Positions 40,433 to 48,887 of a stretch of 64,000 nucleotides of DNA are shown piece by piece. The notes beneath the pieces are model-generated. The model made no database searches and was not told the origin of the DNA. It saw only the letters and a program-made list of their open reading frames with translations. The stretch lies in the NCBI GenBank assembly GCA_963750735.1, contig CAVVRY010000018.1:10751-74750 (forward strand). Direction: 5' to 3'. A program made the translations under genes and the position numbers. This DNA is from an uncultured Bacteroidales bacterium. GTDB lineage: Bacteria; Bacteroidota; Bacteroidia; Bacteroidales; VadinHA17. Every line of letters begins with the position of its first letter. Position 1 is the first letter of the stretch.

Positions 40433-41435
40433 GTTTTACTTTTTTTGAATTTAATATCCTGAAAAACACGTGAATGCCAATCCCAAATAATGTTCCCGCA
40501 AGGAATATAAAACTTAAAATATTAAGATATTTATTTCGGTTGGCACCAATCACATAAGATTCATTTATTATTATACCATTAAAAAATCCTGATTGTCTCT
40601 GTTCCCGGGATTTGAATTTATAAAGAGTATTCATTAACCTGGTATCTTGAGAATGGCATTCAATACATCGTTGTACAGCCTCTGACTTTGGAAGCAGGAG
40701 ATGGGCTACTAATATGGTATCGTTTATTTGGGTATGACACTCAATACACCTGACCTTGGTAAAATGCAGTGCCTGGTTTGGAAGCCATTCATGTGTTTGA
40801 ACAATATCAAGCTCCCCATGATCAGTCAGCAACTGGTATCGGTCGAAGTTCGTATGACAGGCAAGACACATATCGTTTGCAAAAGTTACTATTTCAGAGA
40901 AGTCATCACTTCTTCGAACAGTTGGAACATAACCATGTGGATCGTGGCATTTCCAGCAGGAAAATCCATCCCCTTCATGACCATAATGCACACTTGCCTG
41001 ATACTCAACTTCGATTTCCTCAAAATGGTATTGGGCAAAAGCTTCATCACCACCATGACAATCTATACAAGTGGGATGTTCCTCAAAAATAAGTTCAGCC
41101 GGATGCGGAAAGGTGTTAAAATCATATGAGTGGCAATCAGTACAGCTAAAGTTTTTGTGAACCGACATGTAATAAACCTCCCTGGATAATATCTTATCCA
41201 TAGGCATCAAACGCCGCATTATTTTGCCGGTTTCAGGATTCTCATATTCATATCTTGCACCACTATGGCATGTAAAACACACTTCATTATCAGCATAAGA
41301 GGCAAACTGTTCTGAGAGGCTGTCCTGAAAATAGCCTGGTACAGTTGGAATGTCAGGTAAAATATTCCCAAAGGAGGGCAGCATGGTAATAAGAAATATT
41401 ATTACCAGACATTTTTTTTGAAATATATCTTTCAT
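40422..41435 (-). CDS. Heptaheme cytochrome c with C-terminal membrane anchor (CbcA-like)
   Basis: Seven CxxCH (CFTCH, CTDCH, CIDCH, CWKCH, CLACH, CIECH, CIECH); HEWLPNQALH; YVIGANRN followed by a TM helix ending GIHVFFR. Confidence 0.88.
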   Translation of the reverse strand: MKDIFQKKCLVIIFLITMLPSFGNILPDIPTVPGYFQDSLSEQFASYADNEVCFTCHSGARYEYENPETGKIMRRLMPMDKILSREVYYMSVHKNFSCTDCHSYDFNTFPHPAELIFEEHPTCIDCHGGDEAFAQYHFEEIEVEYQASVHYGHEGDGFSCWKCHDPHGYVPTVRRSDDFSEIVTFANDMCLACHTNFDRYQLLTDHGELDIVQTHEWLPNQALHFTKVRCIECHTQINDTILVAHLLLPKSEAVQRCIECHSQDTRLMNTLYKFKSREQRQSGFFNGIIINESYVIGANRNKYLNILSFIFLAGTLFGIGIHVFFRILNSKKVKHES

Positions 41436-41442
41436 AAAAAAA

Positions 41443-41682
41443 TCAATTAGAGGTTGAGGGTATTCTTTTCCTTAGTACCTGCTTCTTCCTTAGAGTGTAG
41501 AATGAAACTCCAATTGAAAGAATAAAGCCAACAGTAACCAAAGAATAGAAAACACCCATTGGCAATCCAAAACCATAAAAGAAGATTCCTATATACAGAA
41601 GCGCCAGGAGTGTTCCAAAAATTGAAACAAGGAAATTAAAACACTCATTAGATATGAATTCTGAGAATGATGATTTTTTCAT
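41443..41682 (-). CDS. Small two-TM membrane protein, first gene of the cbcAB-like operon
   Basis: 79 aa, two hydrophobic stretches and a basic C-terminus; 7 nt from the next gene. Confidence 0.55.
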   Translation of the reverse strand: MKKSSFSEFISNECFNFLVSIFGTLLALLYIGIFFYGFGLPMGVFYSLVTVGFILSIGVSFYTLRKKQVLRKRIPSTSN

Positions 41683-41761
41683 TTATCAATTAATTTTGGG
41701 TTGAACGAATTAGTTGGGTGATTATTCGGCGCTAAATTAGGAGTTGTATTATTATTTGTTA

Positions 41762-41852
41762 ATGATTTAAATCAGGGTACTTAAGTGATATATAAACGTG
41801 ACGCAGGTCACACCTGATAAGCGATATATTTTGGTGTCATGACAAATATCAA
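41762..41852. promoter_or_regulatory. Cluster of Crp/Fnr-type palindromes in a divergent promoter
   Basis: ATGAT-TTAA-ATCAG (41762-41775), GTGAC-GCAG-GTCAC (41798-41811), ATGAC-AAAT-ATCAA (41839-41852); TACATTTG -7 element at 41875-41882. Confidence 0.6.
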
Positions 41853-41899
41853 CCTCCTTCGCATTTTTTATCACTACATTTGGAAACAAATTAGAATAC

Positions 41900-42598
41900 G
41901 TGTTTGAGATTATAGCGAATAAAACAACCTGTAGCAACTGTGGATTTATTTCACAGGCAGCTAAATTCTTAAAGGAAGCAGAGCTTAAAGAACTAGCACA
42001 GGGAACTGTGGATGTAAGCCTTAAAAGAGGGGATAAACTTTTTGTGGAAGGGCTTCCTCACTCGCATGTAATATATTTACGGGAAGGATTTGTAAAAGTT
42101 CATATGACTGGCCCAAATGGCCGGGATCAGATATTGAAATTTGCCAGACCTGGAGCCTATCTTGGGATACAATCTCTGATGGGTTCGGATGTAAACAGGT
42201 TTTCTGCGACCGCCCTTGAAAATGTACGTTTATGTTATATTAATGGCAACACTTTCAAGAATCTTATTCAAACTAATGCTTCTTTTTCAGCCGAAATTTT
42301 GACATTTTTGTGTAAAGATGAGTTGAATTATTTTGAAAGATTTGTTAGCCTTCAGCAAAAAAATAATAGCGGTAAACTAGCAGATGCTCTTTTATATTTT
42401 TCAGGTAGAGTTTTCGAAAGTGATACATTCACTCTACCCTTAACCTATGTTGATTTAGCTGCCTTAACTGGAACAACCAGAGAAAGTACTACCCGTTTGA
42501 TAAAAGATTTCGTTAAAGGCGGAATTATTGAAGTAAACAGCCGGGAAATAAGAATCATTGACAAAGGCATCCTTACAAAAATCAGTGAGAACGGTTAA
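41900..42598 (+). CDS. Crp/Fnr family transcriptional regulator (N-terminal CxxC)
   Basis: TTCSNCGF; cNMP-like domain; HTH LPLTYVDLAALTGTTRESTTRLI. Confidence 0.9.
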   Translation: MFEIIANKTTCSNCGFISQAAKFLKEAELKELAQGTVDVSLKRGDKLFVEGLPHSHVIYLREGFVKVHMTGPNGRDQILKFARPGAYLGIQSLMGSDVNRFSATALENVRLCYINGNTFKNLIQTNASFSAEILTFLCKDELNYFERFVSLQQKNNSGKLADALLYFSGRVFESDTFTLPLTYVDLAALTGTTRESTTRLIKDFVKGGIIEVNSREIRIIDKGILTKISENG

Positions 42599-42620
42599 TC
42601 CCTGTTAAATCCAAGAATAA

Positions 42621-43307
42621 TTAACCTTTATTACTTATCTGACTCAGGAGGTCCTGCTTTAGAATTTCAATAGAATTTCCGGAAACGGTTATAACATCCT
42701 CATTATCAAAAGATTTAAGAATTTTGAAAGTACTTTCTTTCGACATGCCTGCCATCTCAGAAAGCTCCACCTTTGAGATATTCAAAGTAAATGGATTGGC
42801 TTCATAAATTTCTTCTGAGAGGTACAATAAAGCCTCCGCTATTTTGCCCTGATTGTTTTTCTGGTTTAGATTCAATAATTTGTTTAAAGTTTGAATCAAA
42901 TTCTTCTGTGAAAGCCGCATGAAAGCCTTTGTAAAAATCATATTTGATTCCAACACCTTGATAAAAGCCATTCTTTCAATAAAAGATACAGAAGATTCTT
43001 CTATGGCCGTTACCGAGTAATGGTGGATATTGTCTCCAAGTAAGCCGGCTCCTGTAATATATTCAATAGGTTTGATGAGTCGGATGATCAGATTTCTCTC
43101 GTTTGAACCTGTCATATGGATTTTTGCCATCCCTGTAGTAAAGGACAAAAGATGAGTACAGGCGGTACCTTGTTTAAATATGGTTTCCCCGGGTTTGTAT
43201 ATTACCTCATGTTTGTTTTCATTAATCAGGTTTAACTCTTCTGTAGTTAGAAGATCAAAAACATTGGCATTGATTGAGTGATGAGATCCGTGTCCGTGAT
43301 TGGCCAT
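42621..43307 (-). CDS. Crp/Fnr family transcriptional regulator (His-rich N-terminus)
   Basis: MANHGHGSHHS start (ATG at 43307); YKPGETIFKQG; HTH ISKVELSEMAGMSKESTFKIL. Confidence 0.88.
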   Translation of the reverse strand: MANHGHGSHHSINANVFDLLTTEELNLINENKHEVIYKPGETIFKQGTACTHLLSFTTGMAKIHMTGSNERNLIIRLIKPIEYITGAGLLGDNIHHYSVTAIEESSVSFIERMAFIKVLESNMIFTKAFMRLSQKNLIQTLNKLLNLNQKNNQGKIAEALLYLSEEIYEANPFTLNISKVELSEMAGMSKESTFKILKSFDNEDVITVSGNSIEILKQDLLSQISNKG

Positions 43308-43346
43308 AAAATTCAGATTGAAGGGTGCTAATATACACAATAACGA

Positions 43347-43360
43347 TTGATTTACATCAA
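43347..43360. promoter_or_regulatory. Perfect FNR box upstream of the third Crp/Fnr gene
   Basis: TTGAT-TTAC-ATCAA, 40 nt upstream of the ATG; a weaker TTGAC-ATTA-ATTAA lies at 43375-43388. Confidence 0.72.
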
Positions 43361-43593
43361 TATTATAATGTATTTTGACATTAATTAATTGGTTAATTAG
43401 CTTTAGAATATGGGAAAATGGATTTCTATTGCAGGTGCGAATTGCTTTAAGATATTTCTGTACTATAGGTCATTCGCAGCAATTAGTTATTTCAATTTTT
43501 GCATTATTACAGTATTGCCAGGTGAAATATTTTGACTTTGTTTAATATTTATGGGATGCTAAAGCCATGCAAGACAGTCAATTGCAATTAAAA

Positions 43594-44514
43594 TTAGTTA
43601 TTTTTTAGAAAATCTTCGATCTGTTTTCTGCCTGGAGCAGAAGGTTGAGCACCAACCTTAGTAACACACAAGGCAGCTGCTGCATTTGCAAATTTGAGAG
43701 ATTCTTTCAGCGATTTGCCTTCGATTCTGGCAACAGCAAAACTCCCGCAAAAAACATCTCCCGCAGCTGTTGTATCAACTGCATCAACTGCAAATGCAGG
43801 AACAAAATGTTTCTCACCCATTGAAAACGCCAGTGCTCCTTTACTTCCCAGAGTTAGAATTACAATTTCGGTTCCATTCTCAATTAATCTTACTGCAGCT
43901 TTTTCTGCCGTTTCCTGATCAATTATTTTAACTCCGGTAAGGAATTCAGTTTCAATTTCGTTTACGACCAGAATATTTGTATTGGCAATATAATTCATAT
44001 CAAATTCCCGGGCAGGAGCGAAGTTCCACATAACCGGGATCTGTTTTTGCCGGGCAATATCTATAATGTATTTAATTGTATCGGCAAGGATTTCAAATTG
44101 AAGTATGATCATAGATGCCTGGTCAATTATTGGCATAGCTTCTTTGATTTTTGCCCTATTCAAAGCATAATTGGCACCAGGAGCGACCGATATATAATTA
44201 TTTCCGGCATCTCCAATCATAATCAGGGCGTGACCACTACTCAATCCTTCTTCCTGGAAAACATAAGATGTATCTATCCCATCGTCTTTATAATTCTTCA
44301 ACATTTGTGGAGTATGGGCATCTTCCCCAACGCAGCTTATAAATGCAACGTTTCCTCCGGCACGAGCGGCACCAACTGCCTGGTTGGCCCCCTTACCACC
44401 ATATACCTGAAGGAATTCAGCATCTCCTACTGTCTCTCCTTTGGATGGCAGGCGATCCATTTTCATGATCAAATCTATATTTGAACTGCCAATTACAACA
44501 ATTTTATTCCGCAT
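43594..44514 (-). CDS. rbsK: Ribokinase (PfkB family)
   Basis: VIGSSNIDL, GGKGANQAVGAARAG, VVNEIE, VDTTAAGDVFCG. Confidence 0.9.
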   Translation of the reverse strand: MRNKIVVIGSSNIDLIMKMDRLPSKGETVGDAEFLQVYGGKGANQAVGAARAGGNVAFISCVGEDAHTPQMLKNYKDDGIDTSYVFQEEGLSSGHALIMIGDAGNNYISVAPGANYALNRAKIKEAMPIIDQASMIILQFEILADTIKYIIDIARQKQIPVMWNFAPAREFDMNYIANTNILVVNEIETEFLTGVKIIDQETAEKAAVRLIENGTEIVILTLGSKGALAFSMGEKHFVPAFAVDAVDTTAAGDVFCGSFAVARIEGKSLKESLKFANAAAALCVTKVGAQPSAPGRKQIEDFLKNN

Positions 44515-44520
44515 AGGACA

Positions 44521-45525
44521 TTAGTTTAGGCGTGCAACTACAATTAAGCTTAATCCTATTATAAACAGGATGAACATTGCAGCCAATAGTTTATTTGTGC
44601 TTTTTGGGGCTCCGGCAAATTCCTTCCAGACAAATACCCCCCAGGCAGCTGATATCATGGTGGCACCTTGGCCCAATCCATAAGAGATTGCAAAACCGGC
44701 TTGTTCAGAAGCGATGAGGTTGAACTCCATTGCCGCAGCCCAAATAATACCTCCAAGTATTCCGATTAGGTGCAGTTTAGGTGTTCCTAGTTTAAAATAA
44801 TCCCCATACTGAACAGGTTTGCCAGCAATAGGCTTGTACATAAACCAGGTGTTAAATATGAAATTGGAAATAAGAATACCCACTGCAAAAATGAACATCG
44901 CTGAATAAGGAGTGAGTAATCCTGCATCAGGGGTTGAGAAATTGGTAGTCATAGAGGCAGCAACAAACCGATAAAAAAATCCCATTAAAATTCCCGAAAG
45001 AATAGAAATAACAATTCCCTTTTTCTGATCCCCTTTCTTGTCCTGAGGAAGTTTGCGATAAGCGGCTGCATCAACAAGTATAGCTGCAACAACAAGAAAA
45101 AGCCCAATAAACAGCAAATAAGGATTACCCAGCGGAGTGGCAATATAATTTACAACTACTCCAATTACCAGAGCCAATCCAACTGCAATGGGAAAGGCTA
45201 CTGCCATTCCCGCAATGGCTGTTGCAGCAACAATTAGTAAATTAGATAGGTTAAAAATCACACCTCCTATAAATGCGGAGGTCAGCGCACTGGTATCTGC
45301 CTGGAGTAAATCATCAGTAAAGCTTCTTCCTTCCTCCCCTAAACTTCCAAAAGTGAATCCAAACAGAAGTGTGGTTAATACAATACCAATAGAATAGTCC
45401 CAGTAATATAAGGGAAACTCCCACGACTTTGACGACATTTTCAGGGTATTGGCCCAGGATCCCCAGCCGAGCATGGTTATAATACAGAATACAACAGCCA
45501 GTCCATACGAATCAACTATATACAT
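44521..45525 (-). CDS. GRP/DMT-superfamily sugar permease (putative ribose/deoxyribose uptake)
   Basis: Ten TM helices; MLGWGSWANT, FPLYYWDYSIG, GMAVAFPI, ISYGLGQGATM..WGVFVWKEF; lies between deoC and rbsK. Confidence 0.8.
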   Translation of the reverse strand: MYIVDSYGLAVVFCIITMLGWGSWANTLKMSSKSWEFPLYYWDYSIGIVLTTLLFGFTFGSLGEEGRSFTDDLLQADTSALTSAFIGGVIFNLSNLLIVAATAIAGMAVAFPIAVGLALVIGVVVNYIATPLGNPYLLFIGLFLVVAAILVDAAAYRKLPQDKKGDQKKGIVISILSGILMGFFYRFVAASMTTNFSTPDAGLLTPYSAMFIFAVGILISNFIFNTWFMYKPIAGKPVQYGDYFKLGTPKLHLIGILGGIIWAAAMEFNLIASEQAGFAISYGLGQGATMISAAWGVFVWKEFAGAPKSTNKLLAAMFILFIIGLSLIVVARLN

Positions 45526-45554
45526 TTTTGCAGATTTAAAAATTAATAAATAGG

Positions 45555-46268
45555 CTACTTTCCAAAACGGTTTTCAGCTTCATCTAATATAGCAACAGTG
45601 GCAGTGGCACCACAGCGATCGCAGCCTGCTTCCTGAGCGGTTATAAGCTGATCCAGGGTTCTGACTCCACCTGCGGCTTTTAACTTCACATTTGGACCAA
45701 TACTGCCCTTCATTAGTTTTAAATTTGGAATGGTAGCTCCCTCATAGCTGTATTTTCCATCAGCTCCTTTAACAAATCCAAATCCGGTTGAGGTTTTTAC
45801 ATAATCAGCACCTACATTGGTGCTTATCTTGCATAGTTTTACAATATCTTCCTTTTTTGAAATATAGTCTGTTTCAAAAATCACCTTTACTATTGCATCA
45901 TTTTTATGACAGGCTTTAGTAACCTGGTCAATTTCATTTTCAATATAATCCCAATCTCCTTCTAATGCTTTAGCAATGTTTATCACCATATCTATTTCCA
46001 AGGCTCCATCAGCACAGGCTTTTTCGGTTTCGAAAACTTTAACTTCGATTGAAGAATTTCCCGAAGGGAAACCAATAACGCTACCCACGAGTACATCAGA
46101 TCCTTCAAGCAGTTGAACTGCTTCCGAAACGGCATAGGGTTTTACACATACTGAGGCAACATTATACTTTTTAGCAACTTCACATTCCCTTACCAGGTCC
46201 TCTGTGTTCATGGTAGGGTGAAGGATTGAATGGTCAATCATTTTTGCTAATTCTCTTGTTTTTGACAT
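45555..46268 (-). CDS. deoC: Deoxyribose-phosphate aldolase
   Basis: IDHSILHP, VIGFPSG, EIDMVINI, VKVIFET, DYVKTSTGFG, KAAGGVR. Confidence 0.95.
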   Translation of the reverse strand: MSKTRELAKMIDHSILHPTMNTEDLVRECEVAKKYNVASVCVKPYAVSEAVQLLEGSDVLVGSVIGFPSGNSSIEVKVFETEKACADGALEIDMVINIAKALEGDWDYIENEIDQVTKACHKNDAIVKVIFETDYISKKEDIVKLCKISTNVGADYVKTSTGFGFVKGADGKYSYEGATIPNLKLMKGSIGPNVKLKAAGGVRTLDQLITAQEAGCDRCGATATVAILDEAENRFGK

Positions 46269-46478
46269 TATAATTAAAGGATTAATTTTATGAAAGATAA
46301 AGATAGAAACATAGAATTTATGTTCAACTTGAATACAAATTAATTTTGATGAAATATTAATTAAGAATAATTTTTACACTTGACCTTATTTGGAAAAAAC
46401 AATAATTATTTTGAAAATTTTGTCCATACTATTTTGTAATAATTAATTTTGATATCAACAATTAAGATTATCAAAATT

Positions 46479-47901
46479 ATGACCTCGGAAGAATTTAGAA
46501 TTAAAGCCCATGAATTTGTTGACTGGATGGCAGATTACCTTAGTTCAATAGAGGAATATCCGGTTAAAGCAAATGTACAACCAGGGGAAATCTATAATAA
46601 ACTGCCTGAAAATCCGCCTGAAACAGGGGAAAGTATGGATGAAATCTTTAAGGATTTTCAGAATATCATAATGCCTGGAATAACGCACTGGCAAAGTCCA
46701 AATTTCTTTGCATATTTCCCGGCCAATTCAAGTTATGCTTCTATATTGGCTGAAATGCTTACTGCCACACTGGGTGCGCAATGTATGATATGGGAAACCT
46801 CCCCGGCTGCTGCTGAGCTTGAGGAAAAAGTAATGAACTGGCTAATTCAGATGTTGGGTTTACCCTCAGGTTTTGAGGGTGTTATTCAGGATACCGCTTC
46901 CACCGCTACTCTGGCAGCTTTAATAACAGCCAGGGAAAAGGCTACACAATTGCGAATTAATGAAAAAGGATTCAAGTCTGAAGATAAGTTCAGGATATAT
47001 TGCTCAGGCGAAACCCATTCTTCCATCGAAAAGGCAGTGAAAATTGCCGGTTTTGGAAAAGAAAACCTGGTAAAAATTGAAGTGGATGAAAACTTTAGAC
47101 TCAAACCCGATCTACTTAAAGAATCAATTGAGAGAGATATTGAGCAGGGTTACCAACCGCTAAGTATCGTAGCCACCATTGGCACTACAGGTACAACTTC
47201 CTCTGATCCACTTGAAGAAATTGCCCTGATAAGCAAGAAGTATAATCTCTGGTTACATGTGGATGCAGCCCTGGCTGGTTCTGCTCTTCTCCTGCCTGAA
47301 TACCGATGGATGATAAAGGGAATTGAACAGGTGGATAGTTTTGTATTTAATCCTCATAAATGGTTGTTCACCAATTTTGACTGTTCAGCATATTTTGTTC
47401 GCGATCCGGAAATGCTAATTAGAAACATTTGAAATATTGCCCGAATACCTCAAAACAAAAACCAGGGGCCAGGTGAACGATTACAGGGACTGGGGAATTC
47501 CTCTGGGGAGAAGATTCAGAGCCCTGAAACTTTGGTTTGTAATACGAAGTTATGGAATAACAGGTCTGCAGGAAAAACTTCGATTGCATTTACAGTTGAC
47601 ACAAAATCTTGCTCACATAATTGATGAAAGTGAGAATTTTGAACTACTTGCTCCTGTACCTCTAAATACCATTTGTTTCAGATATCATCCCGTGGATATT
47701 AATGATCAGAACCAGCTTAATGACATGAATGAAAAGTTATTGCATACCATTAATCAAAGCGGGAAAGCATATTTTACACACACAAAAATAGATTCTAAAT
47801 ATGCTATCCGTTTTGTTATTGGCCAGACAAATGTAACCGAAAAACATGTTAAAGAAGCCTGGTTAAGAATAGTTGAAACGAGCGAAAGCTTAGGCAATTA
47901 A
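46479..47901 (+). CDS. Group II PLP-dependent aromatic L-amino-acid decarboxylase, one apparent +1 frameshift near 47423
   Basis: PGITHWQSPNFFAYFP, SPAAAELE, WLHVDAA, FNPHKW (PLP Lys), DWGIPLGRRFRALKLWF. Deleting one A in AGAAAC restores IRTFEILPEY. Confidence 0.88.
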
Positions 47902-47948
47902 TAATTTATATTACTTAATTTAATTTTTCAGTTTTTCAACAAATAAAT

Positions 47949-48170
47949 ATGACAATGAAAACAAAACTAGATGAACAGATTCTTGATGCTATGAGCAGAG
48001 ATCCTGGAAATTGGCGGGGCCCTTTTTATTATAACCGAAAGGATCCCAGATTAAGAGTTCCTAAATTATATAAGTCAATGGGGTGGACATTTAATTTTGC
48101 AAGCCCATATGCCTATGTATTAGTAATTTGTTTAGTCCTTATTATAATTGCCTCACAAATTTTACTTTAA
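47949..48170 (+). CDS. DUF5808-like small membrane protein
   Basis: NWRGPFYYNRKDPRLRVPK..MGWTFNFA plus a C-terminal TM helix. Confidence 0.7.
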   Translation: MTMKTKLDEQILDAMSRDPGNWRGPFYYNRKDPRLRVPKLYKSMGWTFNFASPYAYVLVICLVLIIIASQILL

Positions 48171-48180
48171 TATAATTCAT

Positions 48181-48855
48181 ATGGAAAAATATCCCTTAAA
48201 TAGCCTGGAAGCAAAATTCAAAGATGCAGCTGATCCGGCCAGAGCCTTTCAAATGAAAAAATACATGAAAGACCATTTTCAATTTTTTGGAATTCAGGCC
48301 AACCCAAGAAGGGCTATTTGCAGCGAATTTCTATTGGAAAACGGATTACCTGAAAAAGAAATTTTGAATGAGGTAATCAGGGAACTCTGGGAAAAGGAGG
48401 AGCGGGAATTTCACCATTTCGGTGCTGAATTGGCATACCGTTATAAGAAAAATGTTGACGAAAAAGATATCGAATTATTTAGGTGGATGTTGGTGAATAA
48501 ATCCTGGTGGGATACAGTTGATTTTATAGCCGCCAATCTGGTTGGGAATTATTTTCAGGCATTTTCTGAACAAATGGGATCAACTATGAAAGACTGGTTG
48601 GAATCGGGCAATATGTGGCTTCAAAGAACAACAATAATATTTCAATTAAAATATAAGAAGGTCACGGATTTGAAGCTGTTATCAAGGCAAATCAACGCTT
48701 TGAAGCATTCGAAAGAGTTTTTCATCAGAAAAGCCATTGGATGGGCTTTGCGCGAGTATTCAAAAACCGATCCGAACTGGGTGCAGGAATTTGTTGATAA
48801 AACTGAATTGTCGCCCCTGAGTGAGAGAGAAGCGTTGAAAAGAATAAATGCTTAG
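48181..48855 (+). CDS. DNA alkylation repair protein (AlkD-like HEAT-repeat glycosylase family)
   Basis: MKKYMKDHFQFFGI, LWEKEERE, SWWDTVD, EFFIRKAIGWALREYSK. Confidence 0.88.
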   Translation: MEKYPLNSLEAKFKDAADPARAFQMKKYMKDHFQFFGIQANPRRAICSEFLLENGLPEKEILNEVIRELWEKEEREFHHFGAELAYRYKKNVDEKDIELFRWMLVNKSWWDTVDFIAANLVGNYFQAFSEQMGSTMKDWLESGNMWLQRTTIIFQLKYKKVTDLKLLSRQINALKHSKEFFIRKAIGWALREYSKTDPNWVQEFVDKTELSPLSEREALKRINA

Positions 48856-48887
48856 GCTCACATCTAAAAATGAGGTAATAAATTTTT

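Noticed and set aside
19043-41129. Many short Cys/His/Met-rich alternative-frame and antisense ORFs overlapping cytochrome genes
   Set aside because: They are shadow ORFs produced by repeated TGY/CAY codons of CxxCH motifs and have no independent signals or domains.
10033-43594. Island as an integrative element or prophage
   Set aside because: No integrase, tRNA target, att-like repeats or phage/conjugation genes were seen; the only mobile parts are the internal IS3 and DUF559 cassette.
47420-47440. TGA read-through or selenocysteine in the decarboxylase; programmed frameshifting in trpB and trpD
   Set aside because: The downstream parts are in different frames and single-base corrections restore conserved sequence. 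The same pattern across unrelated genes favours sequencing error.
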